Shown here: positions 9,194 to 19,078 of the stretch, piece by piece
Numbering within the stretch: the stretch's first letter is position 1
Layout of the letters: the number at the start of each line of letters is the position of its first letter
DNA from: an uncultured Acidimicrobiales bacterium
GTDB lineage: Bacteria > Actinomycetota > Acidimicrobiia > Acidimicrobiales > SHLQ01
Direction of reading: 5' to 3'
Assembly (NCBI GenBank): GCA_938084885.1
Contig: CALKGG010000023.1
Location: 35,065 to 99,064, forward strand
DNA: 64,000 bases
The notes under the pieces: generated by a model
The model's database searches: none
Seen by the model: only the letters and a program-made list of their open reading frames with translations
What the model was told of the DNA's origin: nothing
Position numbers and translations under genes: made by a program

Positions 9194-10264
9194 GTGAATG
9201 TGCAAGCGGTCATTGCCCAGACTGGGGTTGTTCTGACGGATTGGTTACCTGCCTTGGTCGCCGTTGTGGGCACCATTTTGGTTGTTGTTGCTATCCGAAT
9301 GTTGCTTCAGCGCCGGGGCGGAATTGACGACGCCGAGGCACGGTTCCGGTCTCAGCTCGCAACGGTCGGTGTGATCCTTCTCGGCCTGCTCGTCGTGGTG
9401 TTCCTGCTTCCCGAGGAATCAGATTCGGATCTCGCGTTCTCGATCGTTGGCCTCATCGTCACCGGTGCGTTGGCAATCTCGTCACAGTCGATCATTGCCA
9501 ATGCCATGGCCGGACTCATGTTGCGGTCGGTGAGCAGCTTCAAGCCCGGCGACTTTATCGAGGTTGCCAACAGCATGGGGCGAGTGACTGAACGGGGGCT
9601 GTTCCACACCGAGATCCAGACTGCTGACCGAGATCTGATCACGCTGCCGAACGCAATGATGGTAAGCCAACCAGTTCGGGTGGTGCGCGCGTCGGGAACG
9701 ATCGTTTCGGCAACCGCGTCGCTCGGCTACGACGTGTCACGTCACACTCTCGAAGAGTTGTTCGTCGGGGCGGCCGAGGCTGCGGGTCTGATCGAACCGT
9801 TCGTCCAGGTCATCGACCTCGGCGACTATTCGGTCAACTATCGGATTGCCGGGTTTCTCGAGGACCCGCGTTCGCTACTGGCGGCGCGGTCGCGGTTGCG
9901 ATCACAGATCCTCGACAAGTTGCACGATGCCGAAATCGAGATCATGTCGCCAATGTACGTTGCCCGACGCGATGCTTCGAACGATCCGCTCGTGCCCGAG
10001 GATGATGGCAACTCGAAGAAACGTTTCCGGCGGACCGCAGAAGCTCGTGTGTTCGATAAGGCCGATACGGCTGCGAGCCTCGAAGAAACGAAAGCCAAAC
10101 TTGTCGAGGCCACAGAGAATCTCGATCTCTTGCGGCTCGAGGTGCACAACGAAGACCCCGAGATCGCCGTACGCGCAGCAAAAGCTGTTGAACGAGCAGA
10201 GCGTCGTATCGAGCTTCTCGAAGGACGAATCGCCAACCTCACCGAAGCGCAGCAGCAGGACTAG
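9194..10264 (+). CDS. Mechanosensitive ion channel (MscS) family protein
   Basis: 356 aa. 3 N-terminal TM segments, the MscS core FKPGDFIEVANSMGRVTERGLFHTEIQT..ITLPN, and a coiled-coil-like C-terminal tail. Confidence 0.85.
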   Translation: MNVQAVIAQTGVVLTDWLPALVAVVGTILVVVAIRMLLQRRGGIDDAEARFRSQLATVGVILLGLLVVVFLLPEESDSDLAFSIVGLIVTGALAISSQSIIANAMAGLMLRSVSSFKPGDFIEVANSMGRVTERGLFHTEIQTADRDLITLPNAMMVSQPVRVVRASGTIVSATASLGYDVSRHTLEELFVGAAEAAGLIEPFVQVIDLGDYSVNYRIAGFLEDPRSLLAARSRLRSQILDKLHDAEIEIMSPMYVARRDASNDPLVPEDDGNSKKRFRRTAEARVFDKADTAASLEETKAKLVEATENLDLLRLEVHNEDPEIAVRAAKAVERAERRIELLEGRIANLTEAQQQD

Positions 10265-10299
10265 ATCGCAAAGATGCGACGCACGCTTGTCTTTGGTGA

Positions 10300-11706
10300 T
10301 CAGCCGTTGTGCGGGCCGATGCCGAACTTGAAGGTTCGCGTGCCCGATTCGACGGTCATGCCGTCCTGCAGCGTCACAGCCTGGCCGGAGCGCAGGCGGG
10401 TTCGGCTCTGACGCTCGTCGCGGAGCATGGTGTACGTTCCGTTCGCCGAGGCCATGTCGACGATTTCTACACTCCATCCCGATGGGCGAACCTCGAGCTG
10501 GACTGGAGAAACGCCTCCATGGCCATCGTCGAGACGTACGATCGTCGTGGGTTCATCGTTCACGGTGTATTCAGTTGGAACATCGGATCCAACGACCGCT
10601 GGTCGATCGATATTGAGTACGGCGCCATCGTCGAACACCAGGTGGCCGAGTACGGGGCGAGTGGCCAACGTCAGTGTGACGTTGGAATCGAGTTCGACAC
10701 TGCAGGTGCGACACGTTTGCTCGAGCGGTGTGAAATGGCCGTTTGGGCAATGCACACCACGAAGCTCGGGGCGTGGCTTGCGAAGGGTGGCTGTCGTTGC
10801 GCCGGCTGGCTGTTGTGCATTCGAGCGGTCCGCGTCGGCGTCTTCTTGGGGAGCGGCGGTCGTTGTAGCGGTCGGTGTGTCGTTGGTTGCCGTGTCATCG
10901 TTGGTTGCGGCATCTGCGGTCGTTGCGTCGACAGTGGGTGCTGGCTCGGGGGTGTCGGACATGCCAGCAGCGGTGAGCACGGTTTCGCGGCTCAGCTGTT
11001 CGATACGGGTAAAGACTCCGACCATGGTGGAATCGGACTCGGCCGGATCGTCAGTGTTGTCTGCGTCGTTCGGCTGGACCTCACCAGGGGTAGTGCTTGC
11101 GTTCTCGTCGGTCGAGGTTTCGTCGGTCGTGGTTTCGTCGGTCGTGGTTTCGTCGGTCGTGGTTTCGTCGGAGGTGTTCGCCATCGCCGCACCATCAGAT
11201 GCGGCAATGGAACCCATTGCGGCATCCCACTGCGCTGTCGACGGCATTGGTCCACTGGTCTTAATCAAGAATCCGCCTGCAGGCACGACGCCGTCTCGCA
11301 GCACGCCAACGAGAGATGACTCGGCGCGTGAACCAGCGTGGACTTGCTCCACATCGCCGCGCAAAACAACATCAATCCACGTGCTCGAATCGCGGCCGTC
11401 GAGAACGGTTGTGCCGCCGCCGATCGTCGCGGTCAATTCGAGCGGGCCATAGACAAAGACCCCAAGCTTGTGCGTCTCCATCGAGACACACGCAATGCTT
11501 GGATGATCGTCGTAACCAGCCTCAGAAATTCCGGCGGTAATGGTGCGGACGGTGTCCTGCCAGCTCGAGTCCGCCAGCGCGCTCAGGCGCACAAGCAGCT
11601 CGTTCAAGCGCCCCGTCTCACCCACTGCATAGGCGGTCAGGCCACCAAAGTGCGCAACGATTCCGTCGCCTGCCGATATCTGGACACCTCGAACTGTGTT
11701 CGTCAC
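10300..11706 (-). CDS. FHA domain-containing protein with zinc-ribbon and Thr/Asp-rich repeat linker
   Basis: 468 aa. C-terminal FHA (SANGTYTMLRDERQSRTRLRSGQAVTLQDGMTVESG), the motif CPNGH..CRTC, and a TTDE-repeat linker. Confidence 0.8.
   Translation of the reverse strand: MTNTVRGVQISAGDGIVAHFGGLTAYAVGETGRLNELLVRLSALADSSWQDTVRTITAGISEAGYDDHPSIACVSMETHKLGVFVYGPLELTATIGGGTTVLDGRDSSTWIDVVLRGDVEQVHAGSRAESSLVGVLRDGVVPAGGFLIKTSGPMPSTAQWDAAMGSIAASDGAAMANTSDETTTDETTTDETTTDETSTDENASTTPGEVQPNDADNTDDPAESDSTMVGVFTRIEQLSRETVLTAAGMSDTPEPAPTVDATTADAATNDDTATNDTPTATTTAAPQEDADADRSNAQQPAGATTATLRKPRPELRGVHCPNGHFTPLEQTCRTCSVELDSNVTLTLATRPVLGHLVFDDGAVLNIDRPAVVGSDVPTEYTVNDEPTTIVRLDDGHGGVSPVQLEVRPSGWSVEIVDMASANGTYTMLRDERQSRTRLRSGQAVTLQDGMTVESGTRTFKFGIGPHNG
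11110..11169. repeat. Four tandem copies of a 15-bp unit (GGTCGTGGTTTCGTC) inside the FHA gene
   Basis: Read directly. In-frame, encoding (TTDE)n on the minus strand. A second short duplication (CGTTGGTTGC) lies at about 10879-10906. Confidence 0.9.
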
Positions 11707-11893
11707 GCGACTTTCACCTCCATCAACTTCATCTTCTGATAATCGGTCAAAGAAGCGCCGACCAAAGCAATTTCTTCAAAACCTTCCTAACGGTGCCCCA
11801 ATCACAACGAAACATGTTGCCGTCGGCCTTCCGCTCGGGCCATCTCACGAGAACATCCATTACTTCGGAGTATCGCACGGCCAAACTCTGTGG

Positions 11894-12583
11894 ATGAAGA
11901 CAATTGGATTGCTTGGTGGGATGAGTTGGGAATCGTCGGTTCTCTACGAAGAACTGATCAACACAGAGGTGCGGGAGAAACTCGGCGGAACCCATTCGGC
12001 CGACCTCGTTATCCGGAGCTACAATTTTGCCGAGATCGAGGCGCTACAAACAGCAGGCGAGTGGGAAGCTGCGGGCACACGGTTGGCAGACGACGCCGCG
12101 AAGTTGGTCGCTGCAGGAGCCGAAGTCATCGGGCTCTGCAGCAACACCATGCACTGCGTTGCTCCCGCAATCGAAGCAGCGGTCGAGGTTCCGTTCGTCC
12201 ACATTTGCGATGCCATCGCCGCAGAGGTCCACTCCCAAGGGCTCACCTCGATTGGACTCTTGGGCACCCAGTTCACCATGGAAGAAGGCTTCTATCGCGA
12301 ACGGCTCGAAGCATCGGGATTGTCGGTATTGGTTCCTTCGAGCGAAGAACAGCAGATGATTCACACGGTGATCTACGAGGAGTTGGTGCAAGGTGTGCTC
12401 AACCGGTCCTCCCACGAGGACTTCCTCGATGCCATTGATCGCTTAGGTTCTTCTGGTGCTGAAGGCGTGATCGCCGGCTGCACCGAGATCGAACTTCTCG
12501 TCAGTGAAGACGATGTCTTCGTGCCATATTTTGCTTCGACTGAAATCCACGCACGAGAGCTGGTACGAATCGCCCTCTCGTAG
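11894..12583 (+). CDS. Aspartate/glutamate racemase family protein (YgeA-like)
   Basis: MKTIGLLGGMSWESS.. and CSNTMH motifs. The ORF track extends to 11696, but that extension is low-complexity and has no homology signal. Confidence 0.85.
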   Translation: MKTIGLLGGMSWESSVLYEELINTEVREKLGGTHSADLVIRSYNFAEIEALQTAGEWEAAGTRLADDAAKLVAAGAEVIGLCSNTMHCVAPAIEAAVEVPFVHICDAIAAEVHSQGLTSIGLLGTQFTMEEGFYRERLEASGLSVLVPSSEEQQMIHTVIYEELVQGVLNRSSHEDFLDAIDRLGSSGAEGVIAGCTEIELLVSEDDVFVPYFASTEIHARELVRIALS

Positions 12584-12657
12584 AGAACTGCGACCAATCG
12601 ACCTGCGTTCGTCGAAACACTCAAGGCCCTGGCGAGACGGGCCGAAACTCTCGGGTA

Positions 12658-14205
12658 ATGAAACAGGCGAATGACGATGAACTGAAAGGCGGAACGCGGC
12701 GACGAATCGCCGTTGTCTTTTTCGTCTCTCTGTTGTCGATCGCGCTGACTGCCGGTGCGGCAATGATGTCCAGCGCCTCTGCCCAACGTGAAAAGGAGCT
12801 GCTCTTCGACCAAGCGGTCATGGCCGAAAAGCTCAACTTCGCTACCAGTTCGGACTCGTGGATCGAAGAGTTCGATAGTGCGGTTGCCTTTGTTGGTGCG
12901 ACGTTCCCAGCCGCCCCCGACGAGTACGCCTCATTCTTCAACGAATCGATCCTCAGCCGTACGACCACCGCGCTCGACCCTGGGCTCAGCTTTGTTGAAC
13001 TGGTCCAACGCGAAGACGTCGACGCATTGGAAGCTCGTGAACGAGCGTTTGGCGAAGCGGACTTTCGTGTCATGAACACCGACACTTCTGATGTCCCGCT
13101 CTTCGTCGTGACCCGGTCCACCGCCAACCCAAACTTCGCAACTCTCACGATCGAAGGAACAAATCTGCGTCCCCTCGCGAGTGATTCCCTCGACATGGCG
13201 TTGGCGTCTCCCGAGCGATTCCTCTTTCAACTCGACGGCGAAGAGCAAGTTGCTGAAGTGTTCGGACAACGCGAAGACGGATTTGGGCTTCCGGTTGCGA
13301 TCATTGTCGAACAAGTACCCGACCGAGCCACCGGTGAAACGGTTGGCTGGGTTGCACGATCCTTCGATGTCCCCACCATCCTTAACGAGACGATCGAGCA
13401 TTCACAAAACAGCCTGAACGTGGCCGTCACGTTCCTGGGCGAGACGGTGAACATTGTCGATCCGAACCCTGCAGATGAACAGACATTCGAAGACTCCGAA
13501 CTGTACGACAAGGTCGTCGTGCCGGCAGAGAACGTCGAATTCACCCTGTCGCTGTGGGCCGACGACGACTTCGGGGTTGCGTCGGGCCTGTTCGATCAAC
13601 GAGGCGTTTGGTCGGCTGGCCTACTGGTCACGGGAATCTTGTTTTTCGGCATGCTCGTATGGGTGGCCCAGCAACGACGTCTCGAAACAACCTCCTTCGA
13701 ACTCGACCACGCCCGGACGCTGGCTTCGACCGACACCTTGACTGGGTTGCTGAACCGGAAGGGATTCATGGAGCTTGCTGATCGACTCGATGTCAGCAAC
13801 GGGGGCACGCTCTTCTTCCTCGACCTCGACGGGTTCAAACAGGTGAACGACACCCAAGGGCACGCAGAAGGCGACCGAGTACTCCGAGCTGTTGCCGAGG
13901 CAATCCGGGCACAGTTCCGCGGTGACGATGTCGTGAGCCGGTTCGGCGGTGACGAGTTCATGATCTTCACCCCAAGTTTGTACGGCCCCGCAAAGGGCAT
14001 CGAGGTCGCCGAGCGTCTCGTCAAAGCGATCGACGAAATCAACTTCGACGTGACCTGCAGCATTGGAGCGGCCGAACGTCCGCCCTTCGATCTCACGCCG
14101 ATCGAAACACTCATTCGCAAAGCCGACCGCGCCATGTATCGAGCCAAGCAAGCAGGCGGTAACCAGTTTGAGGGGCCGAAGCAAAGCGAGCCTTCAGGGT
14201 CATAG
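12658..14205 (+). CDS. Diguanylate cyclase (GGDEF) with a large extracytoplasmic sensor domain
   Basis: 515 aa. TM, then about 290 aa of periplasmic-type domain, then a second TM. LTGLLNRKGF, intact GGDEF, and an RxxD I-site (RGDD) exactly 5 residues upstream. Confidence 0.88.
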   Translation: MKQANDDELKGGTRRRIAVVFFVSLLSIALTAGAAMMSSASAQREKELLFDQAVMAEKLNFATSSDSWIEEFDSAVAFVGATFPAAPDEYASFFNESILSRTTTALDPGLSFVELVQREDVDALEARERAFGEADFRVMNTDTSDVPLFVVTRSTANPNFATLTIEGTNLRPLASDSLDMALASPERFLFQLDGEEQVAEVFGQREDGFGLPVAIIVEQVPDRATGETVGWVARSFDVPTILNETIEHSQNSLNVAVTFLGETVNIVDPNPADEQTFEDSELYDKVVVPAENVEFTLSLWADDDFGVASGLFDQRGVWSAGLLVTGILFFGMLVWVAQQRRLETTSFELDHARTLASTDTLTGLLNRKGFMELADRLDVSNGGTLFFLDLDGFKQVNDTQGHAEGDRVLRAVAEAIRAQFRGDDVVSRFGGDEFMIFTPSLYGPAKGIEVAERLVKAIDEINFDVTCSIGAAERPPFDLTPIETLIRKADRAMYRAKQAGGNQFEGPKQSEPSGS

Positions 14206-14240
14206 CCAGCGCACTGAGCACCCGCGTTCAGCCCTGCGGA

Positions 14241-15713
14241 CTACCAGTTGGTCGAAATGTATTGGGTCTCGCAGAACTCGTAGATGCCCTCGCTTGCGCC
14301 TTCCCGCCCGAGGCCCGACTGCTTCATCCCGCCAAAGGGTGCCGCTGGATCTGAGACGACGCCGCGATTTAGCCCGATCATTCCCGCCTGGATCTGCTCG
14401 CTGACGCGAAGGCCCCGTTGAAGATCCTGGGTGAAGACGTATCCCATCAAACCCATCTCGGTGCTATTCGCCAGTGTGATCGCCTCGTCCTCGGTCGTGA
14501 AGGCCATGAGTGGGGCAACCGGGCCGAAAATTTCCTCGGTACAAACCGAATCGTTGACGGCAACGTTTTTGAGGACCGTCGGCGGGTAGAAGTACCCGGG
14601 TCCGTCGATCGGCTCGCCGCCGGTCACCACAGACGCTCCGCCGTCGACAGCACCTTTGACCAAACCGTCGACGCTATCGACGGCATTCTGGTCGATGAGC
14701 GGTCCGACCTGCACTCCGTCCTCGTGGCCGTTTCCAACCCGCATTGCCGACATTGCTGCGGCGAGTTTGTCGCCGAACGCATCCATCACGGACGCTTCGA
14801 CGATGAACCGGTTCGCTGCGGTACACGTTTGGGCCGAATGGCGCATCTTTGCGGCGATCGCACCTTCGACAGCGAGGTCCAGGTCGGCATCGGCAAACAC
14901 GACGAAGGGCGCGTTGCCTCCAAGTTCCATCGTCACTTTGAGGACCCGATCGGCTGCTTGGCGCAACAGTATTCGCCCGACCGGAGTTGATCCGGTGAAC
15001 GAGATCATTCGAACTGCGTCGTGGTCCATTGCTGCCTTCACTGGTTCAGCAGCTGACGCAGTCGTCACCATGTTGATGAGGCCGTTGGGCAACCCGACGT
15101 CGTTCTCGAAGAGGTCGGCGAGCGCGAGGGCCGTCAATGGCGTTTCCTTCGCTGGCTTAATCACCACGGCATTTCCGGCGGCCAACGCCGGAGCGACCTT
15201 TCGAGTGATCATGGCAGCGGGGAAGTTCCATGGCGTCACCATCAAGACAACACCCACCGGCACGTGATGGACGAGCATGCGGGCCGTGCCAGACGGATTC
15301 ACGCTGACCGTGCCATGCATACGAACCGCCTCTTCGCTATTCCAGCGGAAGAACTCCGCCGCGTACCCAATCTCGCCCATTGCATCGGCTTTGGGCTTGC
15401 CGTGTTCGGCAACGATGATGTCGGCCAACTCGCGTTGGTTGGCCATCATCACGTCGTAACACTTGCGCAGCAGTTCGGCTCGTTGGCGGGGCGCAACCGC
15501 TGCCCACGTCTTCTGTGCTTGAGCGGCGGCGTTGCACGCAGCGAGCATGTCCTCGACCGAACCCGAATCGACGGTGGCGACCAATTCGCCATTGGCTGGG
15601 TTGAACACGTCGACCGTCTCGTTGTTGGATCCGCTTCGTCGTTCGCCGTCGATGACCAGGTGGGTTTGCATGATTTGCCCTATCTCTATTGAGCTCTTGC
15701 GCATCGAGCTCAT
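14241..15713 (-). CDS. gabD: NAD(P)-dependent aldehyde dehydrogenase, succinate-semialdehyde dehydrogenase-like
   Basis: 490 aa. FTGSTPVGR, MELGGNAPFVVFADADLD and EEIFGPV motifs. The start could be the ATG at 15671. Confidence 0.7.
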   Translation of the reverse strand: MSSMRKSSIEIGQIMQTHLVIDGERRSGSNNETVDVFNPANGELVATVDSGSVEDMLAACNAAAQAQKTWAAVAPRQRAELLRKCYDVMMANQRELADIIVAEHGKPKADAMGEIGYAAEFFRWNSEEAVRMHGTVSVNPSGTARMLVHHVPVGVVLMVTPWNFPAAMITRKVAPALAAGNAVVIKPAKETPLTALALADLFENDVGLPNGLINMVTTASAAEPVKAAMDHDAVRMISFTGSTPVGRILLRQAADRVLKVTMELGGNAPFVVFADADLDLAVEGAIAAKMRHSAQTCTAANRFIVEASVMDAFGDKLAAAMSAMRVGNGHEDGVQVGPLIDQNAVDSVDGLVKGAVDGGASVVTGGEPIDGPGYFYPPTVLKNVAVNDSVCTEEIFGPVAPLMAFTTEDEAITLANSTEMGLMGYVFTQDLQRGLRVSEQIQAGMIGLNRGVVSDPAAPFGGMKQSGLGREGASEGIYEFCETQYISTNW

Positions 15714-15797
15714 GTGCGTTGTTTGACGAGGTTACGGGAGAGTCGCGCTGAGTTCAGTTTCGGAGTTATGCGAAAATGACTGCACATCGCCCGGCTT

Positions 15798-16496
15798 TTG
15801 GCCGATCATGAATCCATGGCTACCGACGGGAAAAAGGCGGCGTTCGCCGGAGACATCAAGAAGGGCCAGTCGATACTCGGGCCCATCGAACGGCGGTTCA
15901 TCGACACGTGGGTGCCCCGGATCCCCGAACCCATCGACGGGTGGCACCTCACGATGCTCACGTTGTTGTGGTCGATCGGCACCGTGGCATTTGCCTATCT
16001 CTCGCTCGAGAACCGCTGGTGGATTTGGGCGATGAGCGGCCTGGTCGTCATGCAGTGGCTGACCGACAGCTTCGACGGGTCGCTCGGAAAGCACCGCAAG
16101 GCCGGACTCATCAAGTGGGGGTTCTTTATGGACCACCTGCTCGATCTGCTCTTCGCCGGAAGCATCGTGATTGGCTACTACTTCCTCGCCCCCGCGGGAA
16201 CCGCATTCATGTTCCTCATCTTGATGCTGGTGACGTGCGCCAGCATGGCCGTGTCGTTTCTCTCCTTTGCAGCCACGAACCAGTTCCAGATCGCGCACTA
16301 TGGCATTGGTCCAACCGAAATTCGAATCGGCTGGATAGCGCTCAATACGTTCGTCTTCTTTGCCGGGGACGGTGTGTTTTGGTGGGGGCTGCCACTCGTG
16401 ATCGCGCTCAATATTGCGGCTCTTGTGCTGCTTGCCTACCAGACCCAAAAGGCACTTTGGGAGATTGACAAAGCGCACAACATCGACGCGCTCTGA
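15798..16496 (+). CDS. CDP-alcohol phosphatidyltransferase family protein
   Basis: 232 aa membrane protein with DSFDGSLGKHR...GFFMDHLLD, matching D-x2-DG-x2-AR...G-x3-D-x3-D. Confidence 0.75.
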   Translation: MADHESMATDGKKAAFAGDIKKGQSILGPIERRFIDTWVPRIPEPIDGWHLTMLTLLWSIGTVAFAYLSLENRWWIWAMSGLVVMQWLTDSFDGSLGKHRKAGLIKWGFFMDHLLDLLFAGSIVIGYYFLAPAGTAFMFLILMLVTCASMAVSFLSFAATNQFQIAHYGIGPTEIRIGWIALNTFVFFAGDGVFWWGLPLVIALNIAALVLLAYQTQKALWEIDKAHNIDAL

Positions 16497-16539
16497 GGTT
16501 TCACAGGCACGGGCACTTACTAGTGGGTAACCTTCGGGA

Positions 16540-17577
16540 ATGAAAATCTCGATGACGATCACGTATAGCGACAGTCCCCTCGAAGCAGTCGCACACGCAC
16601 AGGCCATGGAAAAGGCGGGAGTCGACCAGGCGTGGGTCGCCGAGGCGTACAGCTTCGACGCCGTATCGACCCTCGGTTTCCTCGCAGCGAGCACCGACAC
16701 ACTCGAGCTCGTATCGGGCATCCTGCCGATCTACAGCCGCACGCCGACGCTGATCGCAATGACCGCAGCGACCCTCGATTCGCTCTCGCAGGGACGCTTT
16801 TCGCTCGGCCTTGGCGCATCTGGTCCCCAGGTGATCGAGGGCTGGCATGGCGTCCCGTACAACCGTCCACTCGGCCGCACCCGCGAGGTCGTCGAGGTGT
16901 GTCGCAAGGTATGGAAGCGCGAACGCCTCGAACACGACGGCCGCAACTACCAAATGCCGCTCAAAGAAGGCGGCACGGGACTCGGGAAGGCGCTCAAGCT
17001 CATCAACACGCCCTATCGCGAAGACATCCCGATCTACATTGCGTCGATTGGCGAGAAGAATGTCGAACTCACCGCGGAGATTGCTAACGGATGGATCCCG
17101 GTGTTCTTTCACCCCGGGAAAGCGCAGGCGGCGTGGGGCGAGTCGCTCGCTGCGGGCATGGCCAAGCGAGACGAGAGCCTCGGACCCCTCGAGATCATCG
17201 CCGGCGGCATCGCTGCGATCACCAAGACCGAAGAGGAAGCTGTCGAGCTGCGCAACATGGGCCGTGCCTACTCGGCGCTCTATATCGGCGGTATGGGTGC
17301 GAAGTCGAAGAACTTTTACAACACCCTGTTCCAACGGTACGGATACGAGGAGGAGGCCGAGAAGATCCAGGACCTCTACCTCGATGGGAAGAAGGACGAG
17401 GCCGCGGCGCTTATCCCCGACGAGTTCCTCGCTGCCACCAACTTGGTTGGGACCGAGGGGTTCATCAAGGAACAGCTCGCGGCCTACGCAGAGTCTGGTG
17501 TGACGTCACTTTCACTCAACCCGGTTGGAGAGAACCCGCTCGAGGTCATCTCGGCCATCAAGGGTTGGATGCCCTAA
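16540..17577 (+). CDS. LLM-class (luciferase-like) F420/flavin-dependent oxidoreductase
   Basis: 345 aa. The pattern AEAYSFDAVSTLGFLAA...LGLGASGPQVIEGWHG is typical of LLM-class F420-dependent enzymes. Confidence 0.8.
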   Translation: MKISMTITYSDSPLEAVAHAQAMEKAGVDQAWVAEAYSFDAVSTLGFLAASTDTLELVSGILPIYSRTPTLIAMTAATLDSLSQGRFSLGLGASGPQVIEGWHGVPYNRPLGRTREVVEVCRKVWKRERLEHDGRNYQMPLKEGGTGLGKALKLINTPYREDIPIYIASIGEKNVELTAEIANGWIPVFFHPGKAQAAWGESLAAGMAKRDESLGPLEIIAGGIAAITKTEEEAVELRNMGRAYSALYIGGMGAKSKNFYNTLFQRYGYEEEAEKIQDLYLDGKKDEAAALIPDEFLAATNLVGTEGFIKEQLAAYAESGVTSLSLNPVGENPLEVISAIKGWMP

Positions 17578-17639
17578 CGCGGGTCGGTCGGGCATGATCA
17601 CCTGGTCTGGATCAGGCGGTCGAGGTCAGGCGGTCGAGA

Positions 17640-18485
17640 TCAGGTAGTGATGAGCTGGCGGACTTCGTTGGCGACCGCCACGGGGTCCTGGAGTGGGCCA
17701 AAGTGCGTGAGACCGGGGAATTTGAGTAGTCGCCCATTGGGGAGCGTGTCGACGATGTTGGTCGCCAGTTCTGCAGCAAATTCGACGTCTCCACTTTGGG
17801 CGACCACAACATCGAGGGCGATCTCTGTGAGCGAGGAGAGCGGGATCGTTCCGGCTTTGCCAAAGATCGCGGCTTCGTTTTCGGGTGCACATTTTAGGGT
17901 GATCTCGTCAGCGTCGTCGTTGCTGAATCCGTGCTGCACATAGTCGTGAAGGACGTCGGCTCGGAAGAGGCCGAGCGGGGCCCGGGCGGCGTAACGCATC
18001 AGCGCATGGCCTCTGCTTGGGAACGTCCGAAGACGTCCGGCGGCGGCCTTCTGGAGTGGTGATCCTTCGGGGAAGGTATGCGGGGGGACGACTGGCTCAA
18101 AGACCATTGCGGTTGCGAAAGTGCCGGGTTGCGCGCGCTCGACTTCGAGGAGCGCGGCGCCGCCCATTGAATGGCCGAATCCGTGGAGCGATTCGGCGTC
18201 GATGTGGGCAATGGTTCGGGCCACGTCGTTGGCCATGCCTACCCAGGTGAGATCTGCGTGGTCCTCTGGTGCGCTGCTGTCTCCGTGCGCTCGAAAGTCG
18301 AGCGCCACAACGCGGGCCACATCGTGGAGTTCGCGTGCGAATGCTTGGTATACCTGGCCAAGAAATCCGGTGGCATGGCAGATGAGTAACGTCTCAGGTC
18401 CATCGCCGCCAAGGTCGTGGACGGCAATTCTTCCGACCTGTCCGTCGATCATCGTCGGGTTGCTCATAGCCGTTCGTACGTCCAT
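17640..18485 (-). CDS. Alpha/beta hydrolase
   Basis: 281 aa. Nucleophile elbow GHSMGG and the HATGF oxyanion region. Confidence 0.75.
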   Translation of the reverse strand: MDVRTAMSNPTMIDGQVGRIAVHDLGGDGPETLLICHATGFLGQVYQAFARELHDVARVVALDFRAHGDSSAPEDHADLTWVGMANDVARTIAHIDAESLHGFGHSMGGAALLEVERAQPGTFATAMVFEPVVPPHTFPEGSPLQKAAAGRLRTFPSRGHALMRYAARAPLGLFRADVLHDYVQHGFSNDDADEITLKCAPENEAAIFGKAGTIPLSSLTEIALDVVVAQSGDVEFAAELATNIVDTLPNGRLLKFPGLTHFGPLQDPVAVANEVRQLITT

Positions 18486-18991
18486 TCCTTTGGGGTGTCA
18501 CCGTCGTATGGCATGGTGCCATGAAAGGCACGGGGGTCGTCATCGAAGACCATGGGGACGAAGTAGCGGTCTCCGTCCCACATGGGAAGGTCGGCGGTGG
18601 TCCGCTCGTGTTCGTCGTCGCTGCATGCTGCGAGTAGCCGCGATCGGGGGATCCATTCGAGGCTTCCTTCCTCGTTCGATTTGGGTGGTGTACCAGTCCA
18701 TGCCGTGACGAGAAAGATGAAGCCCATCCAGTCTTCGAACTTTGGGCCGAAGTTGGTCCAGGTGATCGTTCCTCGAAGGGCGATTTCGTCGAGTACGACG
18801 CCGGTTTCTTCGTCGAGTTCTCGCCGGAGGCCAGCAACGATGCCTTCGTCGGGTTCGAGTTTGCCGCCGAGCCCGTTGACCTTGCCGAAGTGGTCGTCAT
18901 CTGGTCGAGCGTCGCGCCGAATCATCAAGACGTTGTCTGCCTCTCGATCCCACAGATAGGCGAGCGTTCCAGTAATCGGCACAAACGGCAT
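18464..18991 (-). CDS. NUDIX hydrolase
   Basis: 175 aa. Nudix box GGKLEPDEGIVAGLRRELDEETG. Overlaps the downstream hydrolase gene by 22 nt. Confidence 0.85.
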   Translation of the reverse strand: MPFVPITGTLAYLWDREADNVLMIRRDARPDDDHFGKVNGLGGKLEPDEGIVAGLRRELDEETGVVLDEIALRGTITWTNFGPKFEDWMGFIFLVTAWTGTPPKSNEEGSLEWIPRSRLLAACSDDEHERTTADLPMWDGDRYFVPMVFDDDPRAFHGTMPYDGDTPKEWTYERL

Positions 18992-19078
18992 CGAGCCAAC
19001 ATACCCCGTTGCTGCGGTTTGTCATTGGTGGGCTGAACTGGCCAGCCTGTGTTTCGATGAGCTTGGGAAGGACCGGCT

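Noticed and set aside
10309-11452. Two plus-strand ORFs of more than 330 aa antisense to the FHA gene, with repetitive GRGFV / SSVVV tracts.
   Set aside because: The repeats are simply the reverse-complement reading of the TTDE-coding 15-bp repeats, and the FHA frame has a recognisable domain.
11696-11893. Longer version of the racemase ORF (295 aa).
   Set aside because: The extension lies in the AT-richer divergent promoter region, and homologues (YgeA-like) begin at MKTIGLLGG.
15732-17334. Two long minus-strand ORFs (15732-16721, 329 aa; 16501-17334, 277 aa) antisense to the CDP-alcohol phosphatidyltransferase and LLM oxidoreductase genes.
   Set aside because: Low-complexity R/E/G/H-rich translations, while the sense-strand ORFs carry family motifs.
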